From assembly GCF_032444005.1 (NCBI RefSeq), contig NC_091285.1, positions 13,144,001 through 13,208,000 of the forward strand: a stretch of DNA of 64,000 bases. The letters run 5' to 3'. The DNA is from Ranitomeya imitator (Eukaryota). Shown here piece after piece: positions 42,903-50,500 of this stretch. The notes under the pieces were generated by a model. The model had not been told where the DNA came from and searched no databases. It saw only the letters and a program-made list of their open reading frames with translations. Every line of letters starts with the position of its first letter. Within the stretch, counting starts at the first letter, position 1. Position numbers and translations under genes: made by a program.

Positions 42903-43686
42903 GAGCCACCCACCCCGTCTACATCAGAGCTGTGTCTGTGTCCAGCTGCCTTTACCGGCTGTATAGGAGATGACCTGCAAAATGTATTTTAGAAAGTAAT
43001 TTAATGACTGACCATCAGTAAGGATTCCTGAACAATGACTGTCTTAACCCGAATGTTGGGTGTCTAGAAGGTAAGTGCCAATCTGGATATTTGTAATGCA
43101 GCCAATGTGATATCTGGTCTGATAATACTGAACCACACAACAGATGCAGATTGGAGAACTGGCTAAGAAAGGAAACTGGTGTAAATAGTACATGAAATGC
43201 AATATGGAGTGGGGACTGCAAGGATCTGTAGTGGGAGCAGTGGGGACCCCAAGTTATTGTTTTTTTTTATAACTAATAATGGCATTGTGAGTGGGACTGA
43301 GTAGTGTCAGCCTTTGCTATTGACACCACTATGCAGGATAATAAACTGACCTCGATATTACAATGCCATTATACATTTTTATAGCACCATTTATTCCATG
43401 GCACTTTATATATGAAAGGGGCGAATATAGACAAGTACAATAGACCTGAGTAACACAAGGCGCACAGGAGCACAGAGGGAGGGAGGACCCGGCCCTATTT
43501 ATAGAAAGGAAACATCTAGAATACGGAATCCAGTTTGTGGCACATAATAAAAATCAAATATTAAAAAAAAAGCGGCAACACCTCCCGCTGTCACCTTCCA
43601 CTGATCCCAGTGCGCTGGGTCCTAGTGCCGCCAGACTCCAGTGTTCTGGTAATAGGCGCAGATGAGCTGTGAACTTTCAGTGCTTA

Positions 43687-43994
43687 GCTACGTTCAGAGT
43701 AGCGTTGTGCTAGTGTGCGTCGGGTTAGCGTCGGGCGACGCAGCGGCGACGCACGCGTCATGTGCCCCTGTGTTTAACATGGGGGACGCATGCGTTTTTG
43801 TTTGTTGCGTTTTGCGACGCATGCATCTTTTTTGCCGCAAGCGTCGGACCAAGAAAACGCAACAAGTAGCATTTTTCTTGCGTCCGATTTTCGGCAAAAA
43901 ACGACGCACGCGTCACAAAACGCAGCGTTTTTGCGTGCGTTTTGCCACGTTTTTGCGTGCGTTGCGTCGCCGACGCAGCGGCGCACAACGCTAG
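43687..43994. mobile_element. Harbinger-type MITE with a damaged right end
   Basis: Starts TTA|GCTACGTTCA; the interior resembles the reverse complement of the element at 61478-61701. Confidence 0.75.
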
Positions 43995-45033
43995 TCTATT
44001 TTCAGCAGTTTCTCATTGTTCTGTTCCAAATGTTCTGATATAACGCACCGGTCACTCCCCAGACCAGAGGCTCCTGATCAATGATGAACTCACAATCACT
44101 GATCTGTCTGGGTCTGAATCCCACTGGTTTATCGCAGCCGGAGCTACAAGAGCAAAGCACAGCACGGAGGGTGTATAGCGCTATACAGGGGTATAAGGCA
44201 CAATATGGATGTATATGGGGGGTATAAAGGGGGATATAGATGGTATATAGCACTATATGGGAGTATTCAGCAGGATATGGAGGAGATACAGCACACTATA
44301 GCGGTATACAGCAAGATATGGAGGTTATACGGCAATATATTGGAGTATACAGTAGGATATGGGGGTGTACAGAACTATGTGCATCTGTGATTTCTCTCGG
44401 TCTCCCGCCGCCATTGTTCCGAGCAGGAGGTCACCAGGGAGGACTCGGGTCTGTGACTAGATGTAACGTCCTCGCGAAAAAATGCGGGAAAATGACAGGA
44501 AAAAGTGCGGGAAATTCAAAATCCCCAACAGTTCTGTGCTCCGCCCACATGTGAGGAGAAGCCGCGGCTCCTGCTGCTGGGGGAGGGGCTGGTGATCGCC
44601 CGGTGCCCGGATGGCTGCAGTCTGCTCTGCGGGAGCTGGACACGTAGGACACTAAAGGGTTAACACCAGGTGTCTGCGGGAAGCGACTCTGTGGGCGGAG
44701 CCATAGCCCTACTGAGTGCTGATTGGCTGAGCGCTGAATATGAAATTCCCGCCCAACGGCTGATAGTTTCTCCCGCTCTTTGTTCTCCTCAGTAACACGT
44801 GGTGCAGAGCGTTATATGGAGGGAGGGAAATGATATATGGCCGTATACAGCGCTATATGGAGGGTGTATGGTACTATATGCACATGCTAGCCACCTTAGG
44901 GAGAGACCCAAGTTGGGCTAAATGTAGCGGGACGAAAGAGACCGAAAAGCCCTCTACTTAAAGGAAATACATAGTGGATGCTTTCCTGAAACGGAAAGTA
45001 CTTGCAAGCAGCATAATACAAAGAATAGCTGGT

Positions 45034-45072
45034 TTACCCAGAATCCTTTGCAGTAGGCGGAGCTATGCAAAT
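45034..45072. promoter_or_regulatory. snRNA-type distal sequence element (SPH/Staf site, GC box, octamer), repeated every 384 bp
   Basis: TTACCCAGAATCCTTTGCA (45034-45052), GGCGGAG (45056-45062) and ATGCAAAT (45065-45072). Confidence 0.8.
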
Positions 45073-45170
45073 CATCTCTTTCCACCCCAGTCTAATCCAC
45101 AGCGCTTGGAACCGCCAAGCGTGCAATGCTGCGGATTAGTTTCTAAATTTACACAGCCAACCAATTCCTA

Positions 45171-45214
45171 CCTGTGGACACGTGTTTCGGGCTTTAGGCC
45201 CTCATCAGCACAGG
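45171..45214 (-). ncRNA. Type I hammerhead ribozyme, copy 1
   Basis: Minus strand CCUGUG-CUGAUGA-GGGC-cuaaa-GCCC-GAAA-CACGUG-UC^CACAGG. All core nucleotides are canonical, with a GUC triplet; predicted cut between 45177 and 45176. Confidence 0.95.
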
Positions 45215-45278
45215 GCTGGAATTGGTTGGCTGTATGGAGTGGGGCTCGGTGAGCAAGCGATACACACATGCTAGCCAC

Positions 45279-45289
45279 CTTAGGGAGAG
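45279..45289 (-). promoter_or_regulatory. PSE-like motif, repeated every 384 bp (first copy at 44895-44905)
   Basis: Minus strand CTCTCCCTAAG resembles the Xenopus U1/U2 PSE core TCTCCNNATG (consensus from memory). It lies 160 nt from the octamer and points toward the ribozyme. Confidence 0.55.
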
Positions 45290-45554
45290 ACCCAAGTTGG
45301 GCTAAATGTAGCGGGACGAAAGAGACCGAAAAGCCCTCTACTTAAAGGAAATACATAGTGGATGCTTTCCTGAAACGGAAAGTACTTGCAAGCAGCATAA
45401 TACAAAGAATAGCTGGTTTACCCAGAATCCTTTGCAGTAGGCGGAGCTATGCAAATCATCTCTTTCCACCCCAGTCTAATCCACAGCGCTTGGAACCACC
45501 AAGCGTGCAATGCTGCGGATTAGTTTCTAAATTTACACAGCCAACCAATTCCTA

Positions 45555-45598
45555 CCTGTGGACACGTGTTTCGGGCTTTAGGCCCTCATCAGCACAGG
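45555..45598 (-). ncRNA. Type I hammerhead ribozyme, copy 2
   Basis: Identical to copy 1, offset +384. Confidence 0.95.
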
Positions 45599-45938
45599 GC
45601 TGGAATTGGTTGGCTGTATGGAGTGGGGCTCGGTGAGCAAGCGATACACACATGCTAGCCACCTTAGGGAGAGACCCAAGTTGGGCTAAATGTAGCGGGA
45701 CGAAAGAGACCGAAAAGCCCTCTACTTAAAGGAAATACATAGTGGATGCTTTCCTGAAACGGAAAGTACTTGCAAGCAGCATAATACAAAGAATAGCTGG
45801 TTTACCCAGAATCCTTTGCAGTAGGCGGAGCTATGCAAATCATCTCTTTCCACCCCAGTCTAATCCACAGCGCTTGGAACCGCCAAGCGTGCAATGCTGC
45901 GGATTAGTTTCTAAATTTACACAGCCAACCAATTCCTA

Positions 45939-45982
45939 CCTGTGGACACGTGTTTCGGGCTTTAGGCCCTCATCAGCACAGG
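45939..45982 (-). ncRNA. Type I hammerhead ribozyme, copy 3
   Basis: Identical to copy 1, offset +768. Confidence 0.95.
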
Positions 45983-46322
45983 GCTGGAATTGGTTGGCTG
46001 TATGGAGTGGGGCTCGGTGAGCAAGCGATACACACATGCTAGCCACCTTAGGGAGAGACCCAAGTTGGGCTAAATGTAGCGGGACGAAAGAGACCGAAAA
46101 GCCCTCTACTTAAAGGAAATACATAGTGGATGCTTTCCTGAAACGGAAAGTACTTGCAAGCAGCATAATACAAAGAATAGCTGGTTTACCCAGAATCCTT
46201 TGCAGTAGGCGGAGCTATGCAAATCATCTCTTTCCACCCCAGTCTAATCCACAGCGCTTGGAACCGCCAAGCGTGCAATGCTGCGGATTAGTTTCTAAAT
46301 TTACACAGCCAACCAATTCCTA

Positions 46323-46366
46323 CCTGTGGACACGTGTTTCGGGCTTTAGGCCCTCATCAGCACAGG
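46323..46366 (-). ncRNA. Type I hammerhead ribozyme, copy 4
   Basis: Identical to copy 1, offset +1152. Confidence 0.95.
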
Positions 46367-46706
46367 GCTGGAATTGGTTGGCTGTATGGAGTGGGGCTCG
46401 GTGAGCAAGCGATACACACATGCTAGCCACCTTAGGGAGAGACCCAAGTTGGGCTAAATGTAGCGGGACGAAAGAGACCGAAAAGCCCTCTACTTAAAGG
46501 AAATACATAGTGGATGCTTTCCTGAAACGGAAAGTACTTGCAAGCAGCATAATACAAAGAATAGCTGGTTTACCCAGAATCCTTTGCAGTAGGCGGAGCT
46601 ATGCAAATCATCTCTTTCCACCCCAGTCTAATCCACAGCGCTTGGAACCGCCAAGCGTGCAATGCTGCGGATTAGTTTCTAAATTTACACAGCCAACCAA
46701 TTCCTA

Positions 46707-46750
46707 CCTGTGGACACGTGTTTCGGGCTTTAGGCCCTCATCAGCACAGG
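46707..46750 (-). ncRNA. Type I hammerhead ribozyme, copy 5
   Basis: Identical to copy 1, offset +1536. Confidence 0.95.
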
Positions 46751-47566
46751 GCTGGAATTGGTTGGCTGTATGGAGTGGGGCTCGGTGAGCAAGCGATACA
46801 CACATGCTAGCCACCTTAGGGAGAGACCCAAGTTGGGCTAAATGTAGCGGGACGAAAGAGACCGAAAAGCCCTCTACTTAAAGGAAATACATAGTGGATG
46901 CTTTCCTGAAACGGAAAGTACTTGCAAGCAGCATAATACCTGGTACTATATGGGCATAGACCGCATCACAGGGAGGAATACAGCACGATATGCAGTGTAT
47001 GAGGCATTATATCCTGTCACACAGCACTATATGGGGTGTGACACTATCTGGCGATATATAGCACCATAGATGAGGTATTCAGCACTATATGGCCATATAT
47101 AGCACAATATTAATGCTGAGGGCGGACACAGCGCTATTTCCAGGGTATATAGGGATATTCTTCACTATCTGTGGACATAGTCATAGAGAAGGGGGAATGG
47201 GAGAGAGTCCGCTCACCCGAGTGGCAGAAGCCTGGAACCAGCAGAGGCAAAACAGAGGAACGAAAATCCAGCGAGGCCGGAGGTGTGTACGATAAAATCC
47301 ACATGTATTATAGAAAGATGAATGAGAAGTGCGCGACAGATCCAGTGTGACCGAGTCCTGCGCCTTCCAGCTCTTCGGGGCCTCGGTCAGGTCACTTATC
47401 TTGGGTCTCAGTCACACTGGAACTGTCGGGCACTTTTAATACATTTTTCTAGAATAAATTTGGATGTTATTGTACATGGCTGCCGCCTCGATGGTTTTTT
47501 GTTCCTCTATATGTGGAAAAAACACTATTTTGATATACACATCAGTATATAGCACTATATGGAGGG

Positions 47567-50500
47567 TGTTGTGAATTCTGTGGCTGAGTTCACTTCTGTG
47601 GTCACAAGTGGTATTGCAGTCTCTGGGCTTCCTCCCTCAGGTGTTTTGGTGAGCTCGTTGGCTGCCTTGCTATTTAGCTCCACCTGAGTCTGTCTTCCTT
47701 GCTCCTTGTCATTGTTCCAGTGTTGGATCTGAGCTACTGCATCTTTCCTTGGGCCTGCTGCTCTGCTAGATAAGTGCTTCTAGTTTGTTTTCTGTTTTTT
47801 CTGTCCAGCTTGCTATTATCTTTTGCTGGAAGCCCTGAGAAGCAAAGGGGTGCACCGCCGTGCTGTTAGTTCGGCACGGTGGGTCTTTTTGCCCCTTTGC
47901 GTGGTTTTCGTTTTAGGGTTTTTTGTAGACTGCATAGTTCTCTTTGCTATCCTCGCTCTGTCTAGAATATCGGGCCTCACTTTGCTGAATCTATTTCATT
48001 CCTACGTTTGTCTTTTCATCTTGCTAACAGTCATTATATGTGGGGGGCTGCCTATTCCTTTGGGGTATTTCTCTGAGGTAAGTCAGGCTTGTATTTCTAT
48101 CTTCAGGCTAGTCAGCTCCTCAGGCAGTGCCGAGTTGCATAGGTAGTTATAGGCGCAATCCACTGCTGCTTATAGTTGTGTGAGGATAGATCAGGTACTG
48201 CAGTCTACAGAGATTCCACGTCTCAGAGCTCGTCCTATTGTTTTTGGTTATTGCCAGATCTCTGTATGTGCGCTGATTACTGCACGCTGTGTTGCCTGAT
48301 TGCCGGCCATAACAGTACAAGGAGCCACACCAATGATTCCCAATAGAGGGAAAAAAGAAATCCTGACATCATTTTTTTTTCTTAGCTCTGTCTTCAGTCT
48401 TTTTTTTCCCCTAGACATTAGAGTGCTTCAGGACACAGCTGTGGACATGGATATTCAGGCTCTGTGCTCCTCAATGGATAATCTCGTTGTAAATGTACAA
48501 AAGATTCAAGATACTATTGATCAGAAATCGATGCTAGAACCAAGAATTCCGATTCCTGATTTGTTTTTTGGTGACAGAACTAAGTTCCTGAGCTTCAGAA
48601 ATAATTGTAAGCTATTTTTGGCCTTGAAACCTCATTCTTCTGGTAATCCTATTCAACAGGTTTTGATTATTATTTCTTTTTTGCGCGGCGACCCACAGGA
48701 CTGGGCGTTTTCTCTTGCACCAGGAGATTCTGCTTTGAGTAATGTTGATGCATTTTTCCAGGCGCTGGGATTGCTTTACGATGAGCCTAATTCAGTGGAT
48801 CAGGCTGAGAAAAATCTGCTGGCTTTATGCCAGGGTCAGGATGATATAGAAGTATATTGTCAGAAATTTAGAAAGTGGTCAGTACTCACTCTGTGGAATG
48901 AATCTGCACTAGCGGCTTTGTTCAGAAAGGGTCTCTCTGAAGCTCTTAAGGATGTAATGGTGGGATTTCCTATGCCTGCTGGTTTGAATGAGTCCATGTC
49001 CTTGGCCATTCAGATCGGTCGTCGCTTGCGCGAGCGTAAATCTGTGCACCATCTGGCGGTATTGTCTGAGAGTAAACCTGAGCCTATGCAGTGCGACAGG
49101 ACTATGACTAAAGTAGAACGGCAAGAACACAGACGTCTGAACAGACTGTGTTTCTATTGTGGTGATTCTACTCATGCTATTTCTAATTGTCCTAAACGCA
49201 CTAGGTGGTTCGATAGCTCTGCCGTTATTGGTACTGTACAGTCCAAATTCCTTTTGTCCATTACCTTAATGTGCTCTTTGTCATCGTATTCTGTCATGGC
49301 GTTTGTGGATTCAGGCGCTGCCCTGAATCTGATGGATTTGGATTATGCTAAACGTTGTGGGTTTTTCTTGGAGCCTTTGCGGTGTCCTATTCCGTTGAGA
49401 GGAATTGATGCTACACCTTTGGCCAAGAATAAGCCTCAGTACTGGGCCCAGCTGACCATGTGCATGGCTCCTGCACATCAGGAAGTTATTCGCTTTCTGG
49501 TACTGCATAATTTGCATGATGTGGTCGTGTTGGGGTTGCCATGGCTACAAACCCATAGTCCAGTATTGGATTGGAACTCTATGTCGGTAACCAGCTGGGG
49601 TTGTCAGGGAGTACATGGTGATGTTCCATTTTTGTCTATTTCGTCATCCATTCCTTCTGACATCCCAGAGTTCTTGTCGGACTTTCAGGATGTATTTGAA
49701 GAGTCCAAGTCTGATGCCCTACCTCCGCATAGGAATTGTGATTGTGCTATCGATTTGATTCCTGGTAGTAAATTCCCTAAGGGTCGTTTATTTAATTTGT
49801 CCGTACCTGAACACACCGCTATGCGCAGTTATGTGAAGGAGTCCCTGGAGAAGGGACATATTCGCCCATCGTCGTCACCATTGGGAGCAGGGTTCTTTTT
49901 TGTAGCCAAGAAGGATGGTTCGCTAAGACCGTGTATTGATTACCGCCTTCTTAATAAGATCACTGTTAAGTTTCAGTATCCCTTGCCATTGATTTCTGAC
50001 TTGTTTGCTCGGATTAAGGGGGCTAGTTGGTTCACCAAGATAGATCTTCGTGGTGCGTATAATCTGGTGAGAATCAGGCAAGGAGATGAATGGAAAACGG
50101 CATTTAATACGCCCGAGGGTCATTTTGAGTATCTGGTGATGCCGTTCGGACTTGCCAATGCTCCATCTGTTTTTCAGTCTTTTATGCATGACATTTTCCG
50201 TGAGTATCTGGATAAATTCTTGATTGTTTACTTGGATGACATTTTGATCTTCTCAGATGATTGGGAGTCTCATGTGAAGCAAGTCAGAATGGTTTTCCAG
50301 GTACTGCGTGCTAATTCCTTGTTCGTGAAGGGATCAAAGTGTCTCTTCGGTGTGCAGAAAGTTTCATTTTTGGGGTTCATCTTTTCCCCTTCTACTATCG
50401 AGATGGATCCGGTTAAGGTTCAGGCCATCCAGGATTGGACTCAGCCGACATCTCTAAAAAGTCTGCAGAAATTCCTGGGCTTTGCTAATTTTTATCGTCG

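Larger units (their letters stand above)
44881..46940 (-). mobile_element. Retrozyme / satellite-2-like tandem array: 5 full 384-bp units plus about 140 bp
   Basis: Units start at 44881, 45265, 45649, 46033, 46417 and 46801. 12-bp TSD TGGTACTATATG (44869-44880, 46941-46952), with empty sites in sister units. One hammerhead per unit. Confidence 0.93.

Noticed and set aside
45138-45155. Possible snRNA 3' box (minus strand GTGTAAATTTAGA)
   Set aside because: Several mismatches to the 3' box consensus; too weak to call.
44974-46788. Five identical 92-aa ORFs in the 384-bp array
   Set aside because: Each starts at GTG, has no recognisable domain, overlaps promoter motifs and is antisense to the ribozyme. 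Coding is not excluded but is unsupported.
44881-46940. CRISPR array or rDNA/snRNA gene array
   Set aside because: There are no unique spacers, and I recognised no 5S, tRNA or U snRNA body. The unit is defined by the hammerhead.
47823-48146. 107-aa ORF present twice (also at 52764)
   Set aside because: It lies inside the LTRs and is duplicated only because they are; no domain is recognisable.
48300-48446. Longer Gag-Pol start given in the ORF track
   Set aside because: It begins at TTG inside the LTR and crosses the PBS and T-runs. The ATG at 48447 is more plausible.
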